Part shown: in pieces, positions 53,154 to 61,971 of the stretch | Numbering within the stretch: position 1 is the first letter of the stretch | How the letters are laid out: every line of letters begins with the position of its first letter | NCBI GenBank assembly: GCA_963850995.1 | Contig: CAWKNQ010000017.1 | Span: forward strand, 11,115-75,114 | Reading direction: 5' to 3' | Source: an uncultured Gaiellaceae bacterium | GTDB taxonomy: Bacteria > Actinomycetota > Thermoleophilia > Gaiellales > Gaiellaceae | DNA: 64,000 nucleotides | The notes under the pieces: model-generated | Seen by the model: the letters and a program-made list of their open reading frames with translations, nothing else | Told to the model about the DNA's origin: nothing | Databases searched by the model: none | Position numbers and translations under genes: made by a program

Positions 53154-54347
53154 ATGCCCTTCTACCAGCGCCTCGGCGAGGTCCCGCGCAAGCGGCACAT
53201 CCAGTTCCGCGACAACGGCGCGCTCCTGACCGAGGAGGTGATGGGCCTCGAGGGCTTCAGCGGCCTCGAGTCGATCCTCTACCACCTCTACTCGCCTTGC
53301 CGCGTCCAGGAGGTCGGGGAGTTCGAGCCGATCGAGCGCGAGGAGTGGGTGCCGGACACCCACCAGCACCGGATGATGCACACGAAGGGAGTCGAGGCCG
53401 GCGGGGACGAGATCACCGGCCGCCGCGTCCTGATGTGGAACGCCGACGTCGAGATCTCGCTCTGCCGACCGACGGAGCGGATGGAGTACTTCTTCCGCAA
53501 CGGCGAGGGCGACGAGGTGATCTTCGTCCACGAGGGCTCCGGCACGCTCGAGACGATCTTCGGCGAGCTGCCCTACAAGGAGGGGGACTACGTCGTCGTC
53601 CCACGCGGGGTCACCTACCGCTTCCGGCCGGAGGGCGAGCAGCGCTATCTCGTCTTCGAGACCCCCGGGCTGATCGAGATCCCGCGCCGCTACCGGAACC
53701 AGTACGGCCAGATCCTCGAAGGCGCGCCGTACTACCACCGCGACATCCACCCGCCGACGGAGCTGAACACGCACCGCGAGCGGGGCGAGTTCCCGGTCAA
53801 GGTGCGCGTGCGCGGCGGCTATCAGACCTACCTCGTCGACTACCACCCGTTCGACGTCGTCGGCTGGGACGGCTACCTCTATCCGTGGACGTTCTCGATC
53901 CACGACTTCGAGCCGATCACGGGCCGGATCCACCAACCGCCGCCGTCACACCAGACCTTCGCCGGACGCAACTTCGTCATCTGCTCCTTCTGTCCGCGCA
54001 AGCTCGACTTCGACCCGCTCGCGATCCCGATCCCGTACCACCACTCGAATCTGCAGAGCGAGGAGATGATCTATTACGTCTCCGGCAACTTCGGCTCGCG
54101 CAAGGGGGTCGACGTCGGCTCGATCACGTTGCATCCGTCGGGCCTGCCGCACGGGCCTCAGCCCGGGCTGGCGGAGAAGTCGATCGGCCTGCACGAGACG
54201 GGCGAGCTCGCGGTGATGTGCGACACGTTCAACCCGCTCAGGCTCTCCACGCTCGCGCGCGACCTCGACGACGGCAAGTACGCGCTCTCCTGGTACGAGA
54301 CGGGCGACGAGGCACCGTCGGACGCGGGCCTGACCTCGCACTTGTAG
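53154..54347 (+). CDS. hmgA: Homogentisate 1,2-dioxygenase
   Basis: ATG at 53154. The cupin-type HGO motifs are present: MPFYQRLGEVPRKRHIQFRD...FRNGEGDEVIFVHEGSG...YHHSNLQSEEMIYYV...LHPSGLPHGP. Confidence 0.85.
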   Translation: MPFYQRLGEVPRKRHIQFRDNGALLTEEVMGLEGFSGLESILYHLYSPCRVQEVGEFEPIEREEWVPDTHQHRMMHTKGVEAGGDEITGRRVLMWNADVEISLCRPTERMEYFFRNGEGDEVIFVHEGSGTLETIFGELPYKEGDYVVVPRGVTYRFRPEGEQRYLVFETPGLIEIPRRYRNQYGQILEGAPYYHRDIHPPTELNTHRERGEFPVKVRVRGGYQTYLVDYHPFDVVGWDGYLYPWTFSIHDFEPITGRIHQPPPSHQTFAGRNFVICSFCPRKLDFDPLAIPIPYHHSNLQSEEMIYYVSGNFGSRKGVDVGSITLHPSGLPHGPQPGLAEKSIGLHETGELAVMCDTFNPLRLSTLARDLDDGKYALSWYETGDEAPSDAGLTSHL

Positions 54348-54350
54348 CGC

Positions 54351-54947
54351 TTGCGGCTCGCGCTCGACTGGGACGGGACGGTGACCGTCGAGGACTCGCT
54401 CGTGCGGGTGATCCACGAGTTCGGCGATCCCGCCTTGCTCGCCGAGCTCGAGCCGAGAGTCGGCGTCGACCTGACGCTGCACGAGGAGATCGCGCTCGAG
54501 TTCGCCTCGATCACCGCCCCGCTCGAGCAGGTCGTGAGCTGGGTGGTCGCGCACATCGAGGTGCGGGACGGGCTGCACGAGCTCGCCGAGCGCCACCGCC
54601 CGCTCGTGATCTCGGCCGGATTCGAGGAGCTGATCGAGCCCGTGCTCGCCCGGGAAGGCGTGCAGCTCGAGCTGATCGCGAACCGCGTCGAGGCTCGCCG
54701 GGAGGGCTGGCGCGTGCACTTCCGCGACGAGTCCGCCTGCGCTACCTGCGGCGAGCCGTGCAAGCGCGCCGGCCTCTCCGGCGAGCCGTACACGTACGTC
54801 GGGGACGGCTACTCCGACCGCTGCGCGGCGCTCGCCGCCGACCGCGTCTTCGCCCGTGACGGGCTCGCCCGCTACCTCGACGAGCGCGGCGTCGCCTACG
54901 AGCCCTTCGACGATCTTCGCGACGTCGCGGCCGCGTTGGCCAAGTAA
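54351..54947 (+). CDS. HAD-superfamily hydrolase (PSP/MtnX-like subfamily)
   Basis: TTG start. LALDWDGTVT (DxDxT) ...VISAGF...YVGDGYSDRCAA is present. The TAA stop lies inside the palindrome at 54940-54962. Confidence 0.7.
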   Translation: MRLALDWDGTVTVEDSLVRVIHEFGDPALLAELEPRVGVDLTLHEEIALEFASITAPLEQVVSWVVAHIEVRDGLHELAERHRPLVISAGFEELIEPVLAREGVQLELIANRVEARREGWRVHFRDESACATCGEPCKRAGLSGEPYTYVGDGYSDRCAALAADRVFARDGLARYLDERGVAYEPFDDLRDVAAALAK

Positions 54948-54962
54948 CAGACTGTTACTTGG
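54940..54962. repeat. 23-bp palindrome CCAAGTAACAGACTGTTACTTGG (copy 4, central A)
   Basis: Read directly. It supplies ...GCC AAG TAA (AK*) to the HAD gene and lies ~130 nt upstream of the sugar-binding-protein gene. Confidence 0.9.
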
Positions 54963-55093
54963 CTCCAGGCGAGCGCTCGAGCGGGCTGGTCGCGCTCCCG
55001 CGATCCGCAAAAAAAGCTGGCACAATTCCGCGTGCGTTTAAGGAACTGAGCCCAGTTTCGCGCATAGTCGCAACCTCTGAAGGAAGGACTCGT

Positions 55094-56335
55094 ATGAAGA
55101 AGCATGTTCGGCGCGTCGTCCCCGGCGCGCTGTTGGTGGTCGCCGCCCTCCTGCTCGTCGCCGGCCCGGTCGGCGCGGCGCCCAAGGCGCCGACGACGAC
55201 GGTCACGATCTGGACCGACGCGGACCGCAAGGCCGCCGTCGACAAGATCGCCTCCACCTGGGGCAGCCAGCGCGGCGTGAGCGTCGCGGTCGTCCAGAAG
55301 GACTTCGGCAAGATCCGCGACGACCTCAAGACCGTCCAGCCCGAGACGGCCCCCGACGTGATCGTCGGCGCGCACGACTGGACGGGCGAGCTCGCGGCCA
55401 GCGGCCTCGTCCTGCCGCTCAACCCGCGTGCCGCCGTGAAGGCGAAGTTCCCGAGCTACGCGCTCGACGCGTTCTCGTACGGGACGGCCGTCAAGCGGCT
55501 CTACGGCGCCCCGGTCGTGATCGAGAACATCGGCCTCGTCGTCAACACGAAGCTCGCCAAGGTGCCGACGAGCTTCGCCAACCTGCAGGCGCAGGCGCTC
55601 GCCTTCAAGAAGAAGAAGGCCGGCAACATCGCCATCGCCGTCCAGCAGGGCGCGAACGGCGACGCGTACCACATGTACCCGCTCTTCTCCGGCCTGTGTG
55701 GCTACGTGTTCGGGAAGAACAGCGCCGGCAACCTCGACCCGTCCGACATCGGCCTGCGGAGCCCCGCGTTCCTCCGCAACGCCCCCGAGATCGACGCGTG
55801 GAACCGGCTCGGGCTGATCAACGCCAAGGTCGACGACGGCGCCGCCTCGAACGCGTTCCTCAAGGGTCAGGCCGCGTTCTGGCTCACAGGCCCGTGGAAC
55901 GCCGACCGGATCACGCAGGCGAAGATCCCGTTCAAGGTCGTGCAGGTCCCGGGCAACAAGTGCAAGTCGGTGCCGTTCCTCGGCTCGCAGGGCTTCCTGG
56001 TGACGAAGTTCGCCCAGACCCACGGCGTCGAGTCGGCGGCGAAGGACCTCGTCGGCGACTACATGATGCGGGCTGACTCGCAGCTCGCGCTGTCGCAGGC
56101 GAACGGCCGCTACCCGGCCAACGTCGACGCTGCGAAGCAGGTCAAGAGCAGCGTGCTGAAGCAGTTCGGCGCCGCCGGCACCGGCGGTGTGCCGATGCCG
56201 AACATCCCGCAGATGTCGAGCGTCTGGTCCGACCTGGGCGCGGCCTGGGTCAAGTCGACCCGCGGCCCCGGCTCCGTGCGGGCCCGCGTGTCGTTCACGA
56301 CCGCAGCGCGCAACATCGCGAACAAGATCGGCTAA
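55094..56335 (+). CDS. Maltose/maltodextrin-type ABC transporter substrate-binding protein
   Basis: A GAAGGAAGG RBS and ATG at 55094 are followed by a signal peptide. The MalE-like body reads TIWTDADRKAAVDKI...APDVIVGAHDWTGELAASGL...PWNADRI...MPNIPQMSSVW. Confidence 0.85.
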   Translation: MKKHVRRVVPGALLVVAALLLVAGPVGAAPKAPTTTVTIWTDADRKAAVDKIASTWGSQRGVSVAVVQKDFGKIRDDLKTVQPETAPDVIVGAHDWTGELAASGLVLPLNPRAAVKAKFPSYALDAFSYGTAVKRLYGAPVVIENIGLVVNTKLAKVPTSFANLQAQALAFKKKKAGNIAIAVQQGANGDAYHMYPLFSGLCGYVFGKNSAGNLDPSDIGLRSPAFLRNAPEIDAWNRLGLINAKVDDGAASNAFLKGQAAFWLTGPWNADRITQAKIPFKVVQVPGNKCKSVPFLGSQGFLVTKFAQTHGVESAAKDLVGDYMMRADSQLALSQANGRYPANVDAAKQVKSSVLKQFGAAGTGGVPMPNIPQMSSVWSDLGAAWVKSTRGPGSVRARVSFTTAARNIANKIG

Positions 56336-56351
56336 CCGCCGGTCGCAGTAA

Positions 56352-56379
56352 GGTGGGGGCGCCGCGAGGCGCCCCCACC
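56352..56379 (+). terminator. 12-bp perfect-stem hairpin after the binding-protein gene (intra-operon attenuator/terminator candidate)
   Basis: GGTGGGGGCGCC-GCGA-GGCGCCCCCACC is followed by GTTTC. Confidence 0.55.
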
Positions 56380-56423
56380 GTTTCACCCGCCGCCGCCGGC
56401 GGGGCCGCGATCCACCGACACGC

Positions 56424-58040
56424 GTGAGCACGACGACAGCCTCCGAAGCTCCTCGTCGCCGGCCGGCCGGGAACGCGGCGTGGGCGCTGCCGTCACGGGC
56501 CGTCGCCGCCGCGTCCGGCCCTGTCGGGCTCGCGATCAAGCTCTGCTTCCTCGCGATCGTCAACGCGATCGCGCTCTGGGCGGCGATCATCCTCGCGGGC
56601 AAGGAGAAGTGGGTCTCGCTCCTCGTCCTCGTCCTCGCCACGGCAGCGATCGACGCGGTCTACCTGATTCCGGGCCGGCTGGTCCCGCTCAAGTTCCTCA
56701 TCCCCGGCACGGTCTTCCTGCTCGCCTTCCAGATCGCGCCGATCGTCTACAACATCAACATCGCCTTCACGAACTGGTCGACGGGCCACATCGTGACCAA
56801 GGACGAGGCGATCGCGGGGATCCAGCGCAACTCGCTTGCGGAGGCGCCGGACGGTGGCCAGTACGTGATGAGGCCGGCACGCGCGGAGGACGGCTCGCTC
56901 GTCCTGATCCTGTACGACGAGGAGGCCTCGGCCGGCTTCGTGGGCACGAAGGAGGGCCTCGAGGAGGCGCCCGCAGGCGCGGTCGAGCTGGACGAGAACT
57001 TCGAGATCTCGTCCGCTCCGGAGGGGTACACGCTCATACCGCCCGATCAGCTGCTCGCGCTCGACCGCGAGCTCGCCGGCTACACGGTGCCGGTCGAGGG
57101 CGGCGCGATCAGGCCGGAGGGCTTCGACACGGCGCTCGAGCTGCAACCGACGCTGCGCTACGACCCGGTGGCGGACACGTTCACCCGGATCGAGGACGGC
57201 ACCGTCTTCCGCGACAACGACAAGGGCTCGTTCGTCGCCGCGGGAGGCGAGGAGCTCGAGCCGGGCTGGAAGACGGGCGTCGGTTTCGCGAACTTCTCCG
57301 CGGTCCTCACCAACCCGCTCGTGCGCGATCCGTTCATCCGCGTCTTCATCTGGACGTTTGCCTTCGCGAGCCTGACGGTCCTCTTCTCGTTCGCCCTCGG
57401 GCTCTTCATGGCGATCGTGCTCGACAAGCCCGGTCTGCACTTCCAGCGTCTCTATCGATCGCTGCTCGTGATTCCGTATGCGATCCCCGGCTTCCTCTCC
57501 GTGCTCGTCTGGGCGGGCCTCCTGAACGACGACTTCGGCGTCGTCAACAACGTCTTCGGCCTCGACGTCCCGTGGCTCTTCGACCCGAACTGGGCCAAGG
57601 TCTCGATCATCATCGTCAGTACCTGGCTCACCTTCCCCTACTTCTTCCTCGTCTCGATGGGCGCGCTCCAGTCGATTCCGGGCGAGCTGATCGAGGCGGC
57701 GAAGGTCGACGGCGGCGGCCCGACGCAGATCTTCCGCAAGGTGACCCTGCCGCTCCTGCTCGTCGCGGTCGCGCCGCTCCTGATCGCGTCGTTCGCCTTC
57801 AACTTCAACAACTTCGGGAACATCTACTTCCTCACCGGCGGCGGCCCGCCGGCGGAGGATCAGTCCGTCGCCGGGGCGACGGACATCCTGATCACCTACA
57901 CGTACAAGATCGCGTTCGAGTCCGGGAAGGGGCAGGACTACGGGCTCGCGGCCGCGGTCTCGATCTTCATCTTCGTCATCGTGGGCGTGATCTCCGCGAT
58001 CGCGTTCAAGCGTGCCGGGTCGCTGGAGAACATCGCATGA
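56424..58040 (+). CDS. ABC sugar permease, MalF-like (large periplasmic loop)
   Basis: The 538-aa ORF carries an EAA-type motif (IPGELIEAAKVDGGGPTQIFRKVTLP). Confidence 0.85.
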   Translation: MSTTTASEAPRRRPAGNAAWALPSRAVAAASGPVGLAIKLCFLAIVNAIALWAAIILAGKEKWVSLLVLVLATAAIDAVYLIPGRLVPLKFLIPGTVFLLAFQIAPIVYNINIAFTNWSTGHIVTKDEAIAGIQRNSLAEAPDGGQYVMRPARAEDGSLVLILYDEEASAGFVGTKEGLEEAPAGAVELDENFEISSAPEGYTLIPPDQLLALDRELAGYTVPVEGGAIRPEGFDTALELQPTLRYDPVADTFTRIEDGTVFRDNDKGSFVAAGGEELEPGWKTGVGFANFSAVLTNPLVRDPFIRVFIWTFAFASLTVLFSFALGLFMAIVLDKPGLHFQRLYRSLLVIPYAIPGFLSVLVWAGLLNDDFGVVNNVFGLDVPWLFDPNWAKVSIIIVSTWLTFPYFFLVSMGALQSIPGELIEAAKVDGGGPTQIFRKVTLPLLLVAVAPLLIASFAFNFNNFGNIYFLTGGGPPAEDQSVAGATDILITYTYKIAFESGKGQDYGLAAAVSIFIFVIVGVISAIAFKRAGSLENIA

Positions 58041-58981
58041 CGACCGTCGACCAAGCCGCCGCCGCGCGCCCGGCCGCCGAGCCGGCAGCGGTCGCGAAGG
58101 CTCCTCGCCGCCCCAATCTGGGCGACACGTGGTGGCGCCACCTGATCGCGATCGTGGCGCTTCTGTTCGCGCTCTTCCCGGCCGCCTACGTCGCGTCGGC
58201 CGCGTTCAGCGCGGATCCGACGCTCACCGGCGCGTCCCTGTTCCCAAGTGAGCTGACGCTGGACAACTTCCGCACGATCCTCTCGGGCACGGTCAACATC
58301 GCCGGCGCCGACAACGACATCCCCTATATCCGCTGGTACGCGAACACGCTGGTGGTCGCGACTGCGACGGCGATCCTGACGGTGTTGCTCGGTGCGCTCG
58401 CGGCGTACGCGTTCAGCCGCTTCCGCTTCCGGGGGCGCCGGCTCGGGATGCTGACGCTCCTCCTCGTCCAGATGTTCCCGCAGCTGCTGGCGGTCGTCGC
58501 GATCTACCTGATCATCCTCAACACGGGCGAGGTCTTCCCGGTGCTCGGCCTGAACAGCCTGACCGCGCTCACCCTCGTCTACCTGGGCGGCGTGATGGGT
58601 GTGAACGTGTGGCTGATGAAGGGCTTCTTCGACACGATCCCGCGCGAGCTGGACGAGTCCGCCCGGGTCGACGGCGCCACCCCGGCGCAGGTCTTCTGGG
58701 GCGTCGTGTTGCCGCTCGCCGCACCGGTGCTGGCCGTCGTCGGCCTCTTCTCGTTCGTCGGCACGATCAACGAGTACGTGATCGCGAGCGTGCTGATGCA
58801 GGAACGCGACAACTTCACGCTCCCGCTCGGGATGCGCTCGTTCATCGACAAGCAGTACGCCGAGCAGTGGGGGATCTTCGCGGCCGGCGTGCTGCTCGCG
58901 GCCGTGCCCGCGGTGATCCTCTTCCAGTTCCTGCAGCGCTTCATCGTCTCCGGGCTGACACAAGGATCGGTGAAAGGTTGA
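58037..58981 (+). CDS. ABC sugar permease, MalG-like
   Basis: ATG at 58037 overlaps the malF-like stop (ATGA). The motif is IPRELDESARVDGATPAQVFWGVVLP. Confidence 0.85.
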   Translation: MTTVDQAAAARPAAEPAAVAKAPRRPNLGDTWWRHLIAIVALLFALFPAAYVASAAFSADPTLTGASLFPSELTLDNFRTILSGTVNIAGADNDIPYIRWYANTLVVATATAILTVLLGALAAYAFSRFRFRGRRLGMLTLLLVQMFPQLLAVVAIYLIILNTGEVFPVLGLNSLTALTLVYLGGVMGVNVWLMKGFFDTIPRELDESARVDGATPAQVFWGVVLPLAAPVLAVVGLFSFVGTINEYVIASVLMQERDNFTLPLGMRSFIDKQYAEQWGIFAAGVLLAAVPAVILFQFLQRFIVSGLTQGSVKG

Positions 58982-58983
58982 CC

Positions 58984-60786
58984 GTGACCGACGTCAGCGC
59001 GCCGGCCACGCTGCTCGACCGGCCGCATCACGACGGCTCCGACGCGTACGTGCTCGAGCGGCCGGACGAGCTCGGCGGCCGGGCAACGGTTCGCCTGCGC
59101 GTGCCGCGCGGAACGCAGGTGGACGACGTCGTCCTCCGCTCCGTCGTCGACGGCGAGCCGGCACACGTCAAGGCGGTCGTCGACGAGGAGACGGACACGG
59201 ACGTCTGGTACCGCGCGAGCTTCACGCTGGGCAATCCCTCGACGCGCTACCGCTGGCTGCTCTCGGGCGGCACCGTCGGCTACGCCTGGGTGAACGGGCT
59301 CGACCTCCATCACCACGACGTCGCCGACGCCGACGACTTCGTCCTCACGACCGATCCCGGCGGGCCGGCATGGCACCTCGGCTCGGTCGCCTACGAGATC
59401 GTCCCCGACCGGTTCGCGACCAGCGGGCTCGACGTCGAAGCGCCCGCCTGGGCCGTCCGCCGCGAGTGGGACGACCTGCCGCGCGGGCGGGACGCGACGA
59501 CGCCGTTCGAGCTCTTCGGCGGTGACTTGCGCGGGATCGAGGCGCATCTCGATCACATCGAGCGCCTCGGCGCCGACCTGCTCTACCTGACCCCGTTCTT
59601 CCCCGCCGGCAGCACCCACCGCTACGACGCGTCGTCGTTCGACCGGGTCGACCCGCTTCTCGGCGGCGACGAGGCGCTCGCCTCGCTCGTTCGCGCCGCA
59701 CACGCGCGCGGCATCCGGATCGTCGGCGACCTGACCCTGAACCACAGCGGCGCGGAGCACGAGTGGTTCGAGCGCGAGCGGGAGTTCTACTTCTTCGACG
59801 AGACGCTGCCGCACGGGTACGTCTCGTGGTTCGGCGTCCGCACGCTGCCGAAGCTCAACTGGGGCTCGCCGGCGCTGCGCGAGCGGATGCAGGCGGTCGC
59901 GCGGCGCTGGCTCGACGCCGGCCTCGACGGCTGGCGGATCGACGTCGCGAACATGGCCGGGCGGTATCGCGACGCCGACTTGCATCGCGAGGCGGCTGCG
60001 GCGATCCGCGCCGTGCTCGGGCCCGAGCACCTGCTCGTCGCGGAGCACGGCTACGACTTCCGCGGTGACCTGGCCGGCGGCGGCTGGCACGGGGCGATGA
60101 ACTACGCCGGCTTCATGCGGCCGGTCTGGGGTTGGCTGCGGCGCGACGGGGAGCTCCCCGACGAGCTGGACACGTCCTTCTGGAGCACGCAGGTCGCGCT
60201 GCCGCGCCTCGACGGGCGCGCCGCGGCCGACTCGATGCAGGCGTTTCGCGCCGGCGTGCCCTGGCAGTCGCTGCTGCACTCCTGGAACGTGCTCGACAGC
60301 CACGACACGGCGCGCTTCCGCACCGTCTCGGGCTCGCGCGGGCTGCACGAGGTCGGGATCGGGCTGCAGATGACGCTTCCCGGCGTGCCGATGGTCTTCG
60401 CCGGCGACGAGCTCGGCCTCGAGGGGGCATGGGGCGAGGACGCCCGCCGGACGATGCCCTGGGACCGGCCGGAGACGTGGGACACGGCGCTCTACGAGGA
60501 GTACCGCCGCCTGATCGCGCTGCGACGCTCGGCGCCGGCGCTCGCGAGCGGCGGCTGCCGCTGGGTCTACGTCGATGCCGACTGCCTCGCCTATCTGCGC
60601 GAGACAGCGTCCGAGCGCCTTCTCTGCCTCGCGAGCCGAGACGCGCACGCACCGGTCCGGCTGCCGCTCGCAGCGCTCGGCGCCGGCGGGCTCGAGACGC
60701 TCTACGGCGGCGAAGCCCTCGTCGAGAACGGCGGCGCGATCCTGCCCGCCGACGGCCCCTCATTCCACGTCTGGAGGATCACCTGA
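58984..60786 (+). CDS. Cytoplasmic GH13 alpha-glucosidase / maltodextrin glucosidase-like enzyme
   Basis: GTG at 58984. The GH13 regions are present: YEIVPDRF, GDLRGIEAHLDHIERLGADLLYLTPFF, DLTLNHSG, GWRIDVAN, AEHGYD, LDSHDT. Confidence 0.85.
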   Translation: MTDVSAPATLLDRPHHDGSDAYVLERPDELGGRATVRLRVPRGTQVDDVVLRSVVDGEPAHVKAVVDEETDTDVWYRASFTLGNPSTRYRWLLSGGTVGYAWVNGLDLHHHDVADADDFVLTTDPGGPAWHLGSVAYEIVPDRFATSGLDVEAPAWAVRREWDDLPRGRDATTPFELFGGDLRGIEAHLDHIERLGADLLYLTPFFPAGSTHRYDASSFDRVDPLLGGDEALASLVRAAHARGIRIVGDLTLNHSGAEHEWFEREREFYFFDETLPHGYVSWFGVRTLPKLNWGSPALRERMQAVARRWLDAGLDGWRIDVANMAGRYRDADLHREAAAAIRAVLGPEHLLVAEHGYDFRGDLAGGGWHGAMNYAGFMRPVWGWLRRDGELPDELDTSFWSTQVALPRLDGRAAADSMQAFRAGVPWQSLLHSWNVLDSHDTARFRTVSGSRGLHEVGIGLQMTLPGVPMVFAGDELGLEGAWGEDARRTMPWDRPETWDTALYEEYRRLIALRRSAPALASGGCRWVYVDADCLAYLRETASERLLCLASRDAHAPVRLPLAALGAGGLETLYGGEALVENGGAILPADGPSFHVWRIT

Positions 60787-60789
60787 GCC

Positions 60790-61954
<1,165 letters not shown>

Positions 61955-61971
<17 letters not shown>

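Noticed and set aside
12327-54962. The 23-bp palindrome as a sequencing adapter, a six-frame-stop contig linker, a dif/Xer site or a lox/FRT-type site
   Set aside because: - It matches none of the adapter or linker sequences I know.
- It has a stop in only one frame per strand, and it is embedded in continuous, correctly framed coding sequence (purL).
- It has a 1-nt rather than a 6-8-nt asymmetric spacer, and there are too many copies for dif.
- An artefact cannot be fully excluded without reads, so that check is listed in the findings.
55018-55033. TGGCAC at 55018-55023 as the -24 element of a sigma-54 promoter upstream of the binding-protein gene
   Set aside because: The expected TTGC -12 element is absent at the correct spacing (the sequence reads TGGCAC-AATTC-CGCGT), and no enhancer-binding-protein gene is nearby.
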